From: Macrostomum lignano
Lineage: Eukaryota
Length of the DNA stretch: 64,000 nucleotides
Direction of reading: 5' to 3'
Assembly (NCBI GenBank): GCA_002269645.1
Contig: NIVC01000103.1
Location: forward strand, 372,001-436,000
Shown here: piece by piece, positions 18,993 through 30,700 of the stretch
How the letters are laid out: every line of letters starts with the position of its first letter
How positions within the stretch are numbered: position 1 is the first letter of the stretch
The notes under the pieces: generated by a model
What the model saw: the letters and a program-made list of their open reading frames with translations, nothing else
Databases searched by the model: none
What the model was told of the DNA's origin: nothing
Made by a program: the position numbers and the translations under genes

Positions 18993-20361
18993 GGCTCCTG
19001 GACACTTCGTCATCTAACCACTTTGTCATCTAACCACTTCGTTATCTCAATGACAAAGTGACCATGGTTTTTGGATGCTTCGTCATATCAAAAAATTGTT
19101 AGTAAATCTAGATGACAAAGTGGCCAATTTAATTTTTAATAATTATTTTTGCTTCCTTGCTAAAGCCTAAAATTGGCATTATCACTTTTACAAACCAGTG
19201 GAGGCAACAAATTATGTGGCCATGGATTTCTCCTTGCTCCACCTGCAGGAACTTAACCAACCCTTGAATCACAACCCCATACAATCTAAGCTAGAGTGAT
19301 ATTATGTAATGGATTTCTCCTTGCTCCACCTATAGGGACTTAACTAACCCTTCACATGCATACAGTCTAAGCTCAGAGCATTTTCACCCCCTAAATGTGC
19401 TAAGCCGTATATGCATTTGTGTCTATGAGTATAACGTGCCAATTCTCCAACCAATTAACCATAGTGCATGGCGGATCCAAGAAGGGTGCAGGTGCAGAGA
19501 TGGTCACTTTACCCCTCAAGACTGAAGTGGCGAGCCTACTCCCACCTAGAATTTTATTATAAATATGGTGCATGAAATCACATATGTGAAGCAAATACAT
19601 GTAATAAAAAGATAGTTTATAAAAGAAAATGGCAGACATCTGCATTTTTGCCAAGAGCCAGTTAGTACAAAACAGCAAGCGCTTCAATGTGACATTTGTC
19701 AGCAATGGCAGCACCATCGTATGCATTGTGGCACAGGAATTTCTAATGAAGAATATTGAGAGCTGTCTAGCCAAGGGAACTTTCCATGGAGCTGCACAAG
19801 GTGTCGAGGTGAGCCGCCAGCTGCCAGCCGCAGGTAGAGCCGCTAGCCGTCTAGTAGTAGGTAGAGCCGCCAGCCACCAGCCATCCAGCAGCAGGTAGAG
19901 CCTCCAGCCGCCAGCCATCCAGCAGCAGGTAGAGCTGCCAGCCATCCAGACGCCAGCTGTCCAGCAACAGTAAAGCCACCAGCTGTCCAGCTGATTATCA
20001 GTTAATTTTCAGTTAACTTTAACAAAATTAAGAATTATTAAGTTAGGATTTTTTGTTTTAACATGTAGTTACAAATTACAGTATTTAACAACTATCTTTG
20101 TGGGTTGTGACTCCGCCATTCTGGTCCCAAGCCCAGAATGTGAAAAGAGGAGGGCAACTATATGTAGATACATATACATGTATAATGTTTAATCTTTATC
20201 TTTATATAGCTATATAGTTATATAATTGCATATACTTCATACAAAAAGTGGATGACGAAGTGTCCACATTAGTAATGTGGATGACGAAGTGGTAAGATGA
20301 CGAAGTGTCCAACAATAAGAGTGGATGACGAAGTGGTAAGATGACAAAGTGTCCAGGAACC
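18993..20361. mobile_element. Non-autonomous TIR DNA transposon, ~1.37 kb, GG...CC termini, 8-bp TSD with one mismatch
   Basis: The left end ggctcctggacacttcgtcatctaaccactttgtcatc pairs with the right end gatgacgaagtggtaagatgacaaagtgtccaggaacc. Flanks are cattccat (18985-18992) and cattctat (20362-20369). Subterminal motifs are repeated and no transposase ORF is present. Confidence 0.75.
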
Positions 20362-21238
20362 CATTCTATATAAGATGGACAAATTTGGAAAATAGAAAAA
20401 AGTCAATATTTTTGCTTGTCATTGCCTTATCAGCCAATTTTTTTACCAAATCTTTTTTGTATATAATGTATATAATCTAAGAATAAATAAATGATAAAAT
20501 GTTGGATTAGTATGTTATCAATTGGCAAAAAGTTATTTTTGTAAAAAATTGGACATTTTCTAAGCAAAAGATATCATTAAGTTTATGTACCTTTTAAAAA
20601 CAAATAGAAAGCTTTAGAAGGTTAAAACAAACTATATATAAAATTATAGTACTTGCATCATCAGATAAAAACATTAGCAACCATATAATCTATTATATTT
20701 TTAATATATTAGTATTTCAAAGTTACTGAATTGACAGAAAAAAATATGTTACAACCATAATGTTACGACCATAAGGCTGCCTTTTCTTTTGTATCTTTGT
20801 TGCCTTTTTGAGTTTATATATTCTAATAAAAGAGTATGACTTCTAAAGATGTTCTTAGTCAAATTTAAAAAAAAATATTGCAAAATATCAAAAATGAAAA
20901 ATGTTATAAGACTTTTACCTTTTAGTTTCTATATGTCAAAAATCCTGTTGTTACAACCATAAATGCCATTCAAGGTTTAATAGCACCTATACTAATGATG
21001 CTATCTATATGAAACTCTATAAACATATTCTTGACAAAATAATCTTTCATTCAAAATATTGGTTTAGTATATTCTATTATTAGATTACATTTTATAAGTA
21101 AAATAGTCTGTCATGTTAAGACTATAATTATATGGAATGGCCCATTAGCGTTTCCTCTGTTATTATCCTATTCATTTATGTCTATGACTGCAACTTAAAA
21201 TCCTCGTTATTGCCTTCCCCCGAGCATGTTTTCTCTCT

Positions 21239-22060
21239 GGTTTCCATGCATTTTGGTACCCATGCTTTTTGGTGCCCAGCATTTTGGTGCCCCAGATTGC
21301 CTTTTGGTGCCCCAGTTTATATTATGCCAAAATGATGATAATAAAAAAATAAATCTTATAACAAATATATTAAATACTTTACAGAACATTCAATATTCCT
21401 AATAAAAGCAGTATTAATTTTGTTGAACATGCATGTTTCTTTAAATTGAAAAAATCCATTCAATTTAATTGCATATATTTGCTATATCCTGTATATACAA
21501 TACAAGCTGGCTGCACTCAGCAAGCATGCTATGAATACTTAGTTAGGAAAGTTGAAATCCATCAATGATGCTACATGTAGTTTTGATCAAAATTATGAAA
21601 TGTGACAAGTCTACATGTATTTTAGTTAGTATTGATTTTTTGAATCACCCAATCATGTTTTATTTCATAAAACTGCCTAGGAAATAAAGCAAGTATTATT
21701 TAATGAGCTAAAATCTTTTGGGGCATAACTATTGGACCATAATCTATCAGATTTTATTACAAGCGCATTTGGGGCATTAGTTTAAAATTTTAACACGGCT
21801 GAGATGTGCAGCTATAGCAACATGGAAGTAAATCGAATTGAGTAATCTAAAACAATTTTTTGAATTAAAGCAGCAAGTCAGCTTAACTAAATGAATAATA
21901 CCTTATTTTTTAAAGTAAATAAGTACTGCAAAGACAAAGCACTTACTGCTAAATCAGGGCTCAATCTCTATATTTTGTGTCCAATTCTAATGTATAATTT
22001 GGGCACCGAAAAGCAAGCTGGGGCACCAAAAAGCACAGGCACCAAAAAGTGTGGATACCC
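21239..22060. mobile_element. Non-autonomous TIR DNA transposon, ~0.82 kb, GG...CC termini, 8-9-bp TSD
   Basis: The left end ggtttccatgcattttggtaccc..ttttggtgcccag pairs with the right end ctgggcaccaaaaagcacaggcaccaaaaagtgtggataccc. Flanks are ttctctct at 21231-21238 and 22061-22068. Confidence 0.72.
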
Positions 22061-23090
22061 TTCTCTCTAAGCAACTTGTTGGCACAAAGCTAATCATATT
22101 GCAGCGCAAATATAAAGCAAATAATAAGACATAGCAATCAAACATAAAGCACAGAATTACAAGACATAACAATGGCGTCACAAGCAGGATTGTTTATGTC
22201 TAACATAACATAATGCCTTTCTGTTAATTTCTAGCATATATATGCTACTGGTATAAGTAAATTTGTTTTTTTCTAGTATAAACTAAGAAATATAGTGTGG
22301 GGGACTATAGTGTAGCATATGATATAACAGATTTAAGAGTATGGCCTATTTCAGAAAACTAGGAATATAAACATATCTACACATCTTTATACATAGGTTA
22401 TGTGACTAAATATAAGGATTTGGGAATTTCTTTTTTTAAGGCAGTCAGATAAGATTTAAAGGTCATATATACACAAACCCCCTAATTTACACTGGCCATA
22501 TGACTTACTTTTTGACCAAAAATGTGACTTACGTATAAAAAACCCTAAAACAAAAACTAATGCAATTTTGGATAAATGGTAAGAGTAACTATGGCTATCC
22601 TTTTAAGCCTAAATACCTTATCATCTAATTAGTACTATATGTATATTCTTTTGGGTGGGCATTTTTCAAACTTACACTTGGTAAATTATAAATTATTTAT
22701 ATTTATAAATTATGGTAGCCAGATTGGCCAGGTCAGATAGCAGTTTTGCATGTATATAAAAGGTAAATAAATAGTGAGCCTATACCTAAACTATACCTAC
22801 TTTTTATTTTTGGGTGCAATTTCAAAATTCAATATGCATATATATACTCTATGGATAATATATAATCTATGCACTAAAAACCCAGAATTTAGAGCTTGTA
22901 ATAAAAGTGACTTATTCATATATAGACAGCTTCAAGAATTTAATGGCCTATAGTAACACTTATATAAATTAGTATAACTTAAAATTCTCTTTACATTTAT
23001 TAGATATTATCTATAAATTATACATGAATTCTGATTATATTTTAATTATATAAAAAATTATTTTATAAGTTAAAACTTCGTTCATTCCAG

Positions 23091-26000
23091 CATCCATCAT
23101 CTCATTTTTCTCGATCGGCTCTGCCTTCAGCTGCCACCCTTTGGGGTGGCGCACCCAGGCCACCACTGCTGCCAACTCCATTTCGCCCTCCCAGTGCAGC
23201 TGGCGGCTTCCCTGGCATGCAGAGCAGCTTTGCTCCATCCACATTCCTTGGCGGCGGCTTTGGTCGACCGCATTTTGCTGCAGGTAACTCAGGGGTTTTC
23301 TTTTACAACTTGCTCACTCAGACCCCTGAGCTGTCCGCCAGCCTCCCAGATCCTCAGTTGCTGGGCCAGCCTCCCAGCTCCTCAGTTGCTGGGCCAGCCT
23401 CCCAGCTCCTCAGTTGCTGGGCCAGCCTCCCAGATCCTCAGTTGCTAGGCCAGCCAACAATATCCTCAGTTGCTGGGCCAGCCAACAATATCCTCAGTTG
23501 CTGGGCCAGCCTCCCAGATCCTCAGTTGCTGTGCCAGCGTCTCAGATCCTCAGTTGCTGTGCCAGCCTCCCAGATCCTCAGTTGCTGGGCCAGCCTCCCA
23601 GATCCTCAGTTGCTGTGCCAGCCTCTCAGATCCTCAGTTGCTGGGTCAGCCTCTCAGATCCTCAGTTGCTGGACCAGCCTCCCAGATCGTCAGCTGCTGG
23701 GCCAGCTTCCTAGATCCTCAGTTGCTGGGCCAGCCTCCCAGATCCTCAGTTGCTGGGCCAGCCTCCCAGATCCCCAGTTGCTGAGCCAGCCTCCCAGATC
23801 CTCAGTTGCTGAGCCACCACTGCTTTGTATTTCCCAATCAATTAAATATTATTGTCTTACTCTTAAAGCAGATTTCGTGAAGAGAATATTGTATTATAAT
23901 AATTATATAGGAACCAGTCACGTGCAGCATCACCAACAGCAGCAGCATCAGCATCATCAGCAGCACCGCTTCAACGACAGAGGGCGTGGCTTCGCCTTCT
24001 CTCGCGGTCGCGGCCGAGGCAGAGGCAGAGGCGGCGGCGGAGATCGAGGAGGCGCCGCAGAGGTGTCGCCCTGGCACTGCTGCAACCGCGACTTCCGCAG
24101 CGAGTTGGAGCTGGAGCGGCACAAATCGGAGCACGCCAAGTGCTGGGTGGCCGACTGCCCGTTCACAGCCAGCCAGGAGCTGATCGAGCTGCACTTTGTG
24201 CACCAGCACCGCACCGGCTTGGCCAATCAGATTTTGCAGGCCGATTGCGACACTTGGCGTCGGGAAAGGCGCAAAAATTTCCCAACAGCCGAACGGGCCG
24301 AAGCGAAACGACGCGAGGCGGCGGCGCGAGAGGCGCGCGGCGAAGTTGTGCAGCAGCGGCAGTTTGGCCGGATGGGCGGCGGTGGAGGCGGCAGAGGCGG
24401 CGGCGGCTGGCGAGGACGCGGGGCCGGCGGAGGTCGAGGCGGTGGCCGCGGCTGGGGTCAGCATCGAGGCGGCAGAGGTTCGCACCAGCAGGTACCGGCA
24501 CTCTTAATAAGTCTTGCTGCCATCTTCCCAGATCCTCATACTGAGCCACTATCTTCCCAGATCCTCATACTGAGCCACTATCTTCCCAGATCCTCATACT
24601 GAGCCACTATCTTCCCAGATCCTCATACTGAGCCACTATCTTCCCAGATCCTCATACTGAGCCACTATCTTCCCAGATCCTCATACTGAGCCACTATCTT
24701 CCCAGATCCTCATACTGAGCCACTATCTTCCCAGATCCTCATACTGAGCCACTATCTTCCCAGATCCTCATACTGAGCCACTATCTTCCCAGATCCTCAT
24801 ACTGAGCCACCATCTTCCCAGATCCTCATACTGAGCCACCATCTTCCCAGATCCTCATACTGAGCCACCATCTTCCCAGATCCTCATACTGAGCCACCAT
24901 CTTCCCAGATCCTCATACTGAGCCACCATCTTCCCAGATCCTCATACTGAGCCACCATCTTCCCAGATCCTCATACTGAGCCACCATCTTCCCAGATCCT
25001 CATACTGAGCCACCATCTTCCCAGATCCTCATACTGAGCCACCATCTTCCCAGATCCTCATACTGAGCCACCATCTTCCCAGATCCTCATACTGAGCCAC
25101 CATCTTCCCAGATCCTCATACTGAGCCACCATCTTCCCAGATCCTCATACTGAGCCACCATCTTCCCAGATCCTCATACTGAGCCACCATCTTCCCAGAT
25201 CCTCATACTGAGCCACCATCTTCCCAGATCCTCATACTCAGCCACCATCTTCCCAGATCCTCAGCTCGGCCAATGCAGCCGAGTTTGGCGCCGCCGACAG
25301 CGAAGCCGATGCCCGACATCGCGACCCTCTGTCGGCCTGTCTGGTCGAGTCCGAATCTGACGATGACGACGATGACGACGCTGGCACCCGGAATGCTGGC
25401 GTCGAAAACCCCGAAGGCAAGACTGAGATGCTCATCGGCGATGTCGAAGATCCCGAAGCCGACGCTCCGCCAACTGTGCTAAGCAGTCTGGCTGCCAACT
25501 ATGCTTCATCAGCTTCCATGTCTGCCGACTCCACTGAGGCCGATCTGGACGACTCGATGGAGAAAGAGAAGGACAAACAGCGGCCAGATGGCGGCCCAGT
25601 CGAATCATTGAGCTGCGGTCAGTCGCGACGGCACGTTGATGCCGCGCTGATGCTTCATCGTCGTCGGGAGCGGCTGATGCAGGTGCGTCTGCGTCTCGTG
25701 TACAGTGCCCCTCCTGCGCCTGTGACTTTCATCTGCTTGCCGGGATTTTCGCGACTCACTCCCACTTTTCCCCTCTATCCTCCCTTACCCCCTCTACCCC
25801 CCTCATTCCCCCGTTCCCCCTCTACCCCTCCTCTACCCCCCTCTACCCCTCCTCTACCCCTCCTCTATCCGCCTCTACCCCTCCTCTATCCCCCTCTACC
25901 CCTCTATCCCTCTTTTACCCCCCTCTATCCCCCTCAATCCCTCTTTTACTCCCCTCTATCCCCCTCAATCCCTCTTTTACCCCCCCTCTATCCCCCTCAA

Positions 26001-26743
26001 TCCTTCTTTTACCCCCCCTCTATCCCCCTCTATCCCCCCTCTACCCCTCTATCTTCCTTTAATCCTTCCTAACCCTCTCTTTCCCCCCTATCCCAATGTA
26101 TCCTCCTTTATTCCTCTCTACCCCTCTCCATCCCCGTCTACAACCCCTCTTTCCTCTATTCTTTATCCCTCTATCCTCCTGTCTCTATCCCCTCTCTTTT
26201 CCTCTCTTTCCTCTATCACTCTATCCACTCTTATCCCCCTCTTTCTCCCTCTATTCCCCTCTATCCCCCTCTGTCCCTATCTATCGCCTCTATCCCCATT
26301 TTTTCCTTTATCCCTATCTATCCTCCCATACCCCCTCTATTCCCATAGATGAGGATCTATTTCTTTCTATCCCCCATCCACTTCTAAAAGGAAAAGCATT
26401 TAACAACACGCAGGAGCCAGCAATGCGCCTGAGACGGCCAGCCCTACTAGAGATGCTTCTGTCAAGGCACATTCGCCACGAACGCAATCTGCTGTTTCAG
26501 TGCGTGCGCTACATCTGCTCTACGGATTTCTTGAATAGCGATGCGCCAACTATTGACAAGTCCGCTGCCCCAGCCCACCGCATTGATGTTGAGGCGGCAG
26601 CTGAAACTGATGACGCCAAAGTCGATGATGCAGCCCCAGAATTCGATTGCGATGATGTCGAATGGGAGGCTGCAGATGAGGAAGCTGGTATGGCTACCGA
26701 TGAAGATGGAGATGAAGCTGGAAGTGATGAAGCGTCTAGTTAA
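23091..26743 (+). CDS. NUFIP1: Nuclear FMR1-interacting protein 1 / Rsa1 (box C/D snoRNP assembly factor)
   Basis: Exons 23091-23283 (first in-frame ATG at 23217), 23911-24491, 25257-25682 and 26414-26743. It has C2H2-like CNRDF..ERHKSEH and C..DCPF..HFVHQH motifs, WRRERRKNFPT, an RGG-rich tract, DPLSACL and the C-terminal RRPALLEMLL..IRHERNLLFQCVRYI. AATAAA at 26789. Confidence 0.9.
23328..23815. repeat. Intronic ~28-bp minisatellite (cctcccagatcctcagttgctgggccag)
   Basis: Directly visible in NUFIP1 intron 1. Confidence 0.9.
24522..25264. repeat. Intronic 29-bp near-perfect minisatellite (atcctcatactgagccacYatcttcccag), about 25 units
   Basis: Directly visible. The last unit supplies the phase-0 acceptor at 25256/25257. 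Confidence 0.95.
25765..26345. repeat. Polypyrimidine low-complexity tract (cctctatcccc)
   Basis: NUFIP1 intron 3. Confidence 0.9.
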
Positions 26744-27029
26744 TTTAAAAAGTTAGCAAGTCAAAAAGGATTCCGACTGTCACTTGATAATAAAATCTTG
26801 TTATTATTGTCACAATGCATTTCCCTCTCCATTTCTGCATTAGTGCCGTACAATGTATCGTGAACTTCGTGAAAATTTGTGCCTAAGTCTGTCCTCGCTG
26901 ACTTGCTGGATAAATACAACTGTTCCATTATTTTCAATCTTAGTGAATGGTTGCATTTATGACTAAATTGTGTCCTTACTGTTAACTATTTTTTTCTGTC
27001 ATTCCATCACTTGGCTCACAGTTTAACCC

Positions 27030-27718
27030 CCCACTGACATGTACGCTCCCTTACCCCTAAACCCCACTGCCAATGTACACTCCCTGAGCCCTAAACCCCA
27101 CTGCCAATGTACACTCCCTGAGCCCTAAACCACACTGCAAATGTACACTCCCTGAGCCCTAAACCACACTGCAAATGTACACTCCCTGAGCCCTAAACCA
27201 CACTGCAAATGTACACTCCCTGAGCCCTAAACCCCACTGCAAATGTACACTCCCTGACCCCTTAACCCCACTGCCAATTTACGCTCCCTGAACCCCACTG
27301 CCAATGTACACTCCCTGACCCGAACCCTCACTGCGAATGTATACACTCTCTGACCCCTGAACTCCACTGCAGATGTACACTCCCTGAACTCTGACCCCAT
27401 TGCCAATGTACACTCCCTGAACTCTGACCCCACTGCCAATGTACACTCCCTGACCTCTGAACCCACTGCTAATGTGCACTCCCTGACCCCTGAACCCCCA
27501 CTACCAATGTACACTCCCTGACCCCTGAACCCCACTGCAAATGTACACTCCCTGACCCGAACCCTCACTGCCAATGTATACACTCTCTGACCCCTGAACT
27601 CCACTGCAGATGTACACTCCCTGAACTCTGACCCCACTGCCAATGTACACTCCCTGAACTCTGACCCCACTGCCAATGTACACTCCCTGACCCCTGAACC
27701 CCACTGCCAATGTACACC
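27030..27718. repeat. ~35-bp minisatellite (ccactgccaatgtacactccctga..ccc) between NUFIP1 and CLPB
   Basis: Directly visible. Confidence 0.92.
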
Positions 27719-27754
27719 CTGATATTCAATAGAGATGTACTTATAAACTTCCAG

Positions 27755-30700
27755 ATTATTGGCACCGCAAGATCTGCTGCTACCCAGTCTCAGCTACTGG
27801 TGTCGGCCACCTGGTGCCGACGTCTCAGCCGGCTGCTGACTGCTCAACTGCCGACTCAAACCGAAGCTAGTCAGTACAGTCGGGATCATCGTCGACACCG
27901 TTATGAGCATCGTCAGCAGCCTCGCCGGCCGGTGGTCGCGATGGCCGTCCTGCTCGGCGGAGCAGCCGGAAGCGCCGTGGCCAGAGCCGATGATGGCGAC
28001 AAAAATTCGCAAGCCGATGAGGACGAGCTGCTCAGATTCTGTCGGCTTGGCGACGCCAACAAAGTGCAGCAGTTGATTCTGCGGCATCGGATGGTGCGCC
28101 GAAACCATCTGGGCTCGCGGGATAGAGATGGGGATCCTGAGAGGCGATTGGCCAATGTGAGGCACAGGCTGGGCTGGACTGCCCTGGCTGCAGCTGTTGT
28201 CAACGGGCACGAGGAAGTTGCCAGGTAATTATTTGATGTCCGAACCTCTAATCCATATGTCCGAATCCTTAATCTACCTGTCCGAATCTCTAACCCACTG
28301 TCTGAATCTCTAATCCACTTGTCCGAATCTCTAATCCATCTGTCCGAATCCTTAAACCACCCGTCTCTACTAATTCATCTGTCCGAATCTCTAATCCACC
28401 TGTCCGAATCTCTAATCCATCTATCTGAATCTCTAATTAATCTGTCCAAATCTCTCATCCACCTGTCCGAATCTCTAATCCACCTGTCCGAATCTCTATT
28501 TCACCTGTCCAAATCTCTAATCCACCTGTCCGAATCTCTAATCCACCTTTCCGATTCTCTAATCCATCTGTCCGAATCTCTAATTCACCTGTCCTAATCC
28601 TTAATTCACCTGTCCGAATCTCTAATTCACCTGTCCGAATCTCTAATTCACCTGTCCGAATCTCTAATCCACCTGTCCGAATCTCTAATTAACCTGTCCG
28701 AATCTCTGATCAATCTTTCCGAATCTAATCCACCTGTCCGAATCTCTAATCCATCTATCCGAATCTAATCCACCTGACCGAATCTCTAATCCATCTATCC
28801 GAATCTAATCCACCTGACCGAATCTCTAATCCATCTATCCTAATCTAATCCACCTGTCCGATTATTCTCCAAACCATCTGTCCCGTCACTGGTTGCCAGG
28901 CTGTTGCTAAGCATGGGTGCGGATCCCAATGCGTCGGACACATTCTCCGGCGCCTTCTCGGTGGCCGCCCGGCTGGGCGCTAACTCGGCCGAAGTGAGCA
29001 GCCAGCGGAGCGCAGAGTTCAGCGAGCGGCTCAATCACAGCGCCACTTTTGTTGGCTGCACTCCGCTGCACTATGCCGCCCTGATTGACTCGGTTGCTAT
29101 GGTGCAGCTGCTGCTGGAGGCTAAAGCCGATCCGACTATGTAAGGCTTTATTGGCAGTATAAATTGCTATGCATGTTTCATTGCCTGTACAAAATTGTCC
29201 TGATACCAATCGATGTTTATTCCAATTTATTCCCTATTTGCTCTGACCCAAAATCCATATTTATCCCCTATTTTAACTGATCCCCAACCCATATTTTTCT
29301 CCTATTTGATTCCCAATCCATAGTTATTCTCTATTTGCTCGATCCTCAATCCATATTTATCCCCTATTTGCTCAGATCCCCAATCCATATCCCCTATTTG
29401 CTCGATCCTCAATCCATATTTATCCCCTAATTGCTCAGATCCTCAACCGATATTTATCCTTTAATTGCTAAAATTCCCAATCCATATTTATCCCCTATTT
29501 GCTCAGATCCTTGATCCATATTTATCCCCTATTTGCTCAGATCCCCAATCCATATTATCCCCTATTTGCTCAGATCCTCAATCCATATTTATTCCCTAAT
29601 TGCTCAGATCCTCAACCGATATTTATCCTTTATTTGCTCAAATTCCTAATCCATATTTATCCCCTATTTGCTCAGATCCTCAATCCATATTTATCCCCTA
29701 TTTGCTCATTGCTCAGATCCCCAATCCATATTATCCCCTATTTGCTCAGATCCTCAATCCATATTTATCCCCTATTTGCTCAGATCCCCAATCCATATTA
29801 TCCCCTATTTGCTCAGATCCTCAATCCATATTTATTCCCTAATTGCTCAGATCCTCAACCGATATTTATCCTTTATTTGCTCAAATTCCCAATCCATATT
29901 TATCCCCTATTTGCTCAGATCCTCAATCCATATTTATCCCCTATTTGCTCATTGCTCAGATCCCCAATCCATATTATCCCCTATTTGCTCAGATCCTTGA
30001 TCCATATTTATCCCCTATTTGCTCAGATCGTCAATCCATATTTATCCCCTATTTGCTTAGATCCTCAACCGATATTTATCCTTTATTTGCTCAAATTCCC
30101 AATCCATATTTATCCCCTATTTGCTCAGATCCTTGATCCATATTTATCCCCTATTTGCTCAGATCGTCAATCCATATTTATCCCCTATTTGCTCATTGCT
30201 CAGATCCCCAATCCATATTATCCCCTATTTGCTCAGATCCTTGATCCATATTTATCCCCTATTTGCTCAGATCCCCAATCCATATTATCCCCTATTTGCT
30301 CAGATCCTCAATCCATATTTATTCCCTAATTGCTCAGATCCTCAACCGATATTTATCCTTTATTTGCTCAAATTCCCAATCCATATTTATCCCCTATTTG
30401 CTCAGATCCTCAATCCATATTTATCCCCTATTTGCTCATTGCTCAGATCCCCAATCCATATTATCCCCTATTTGCTCAGATCCTTGATCCATATTTATCC
30501 CCTATTTGCTCAGATCCTTGATCCATATTTATCCCCTATTTGCTCAGATCCTCAATCCATATTTATCCCCTATTTGCTCATTGCTCAGATCCCCAATCCA
30601 TATTATCCCCTATTTGCTCAGATCGTCAATCCATATTTATCCCCTATTTGCTCAGATCCTTGATCCATATTTATCCCCTATTTGCTCAGATCCTTGATCC

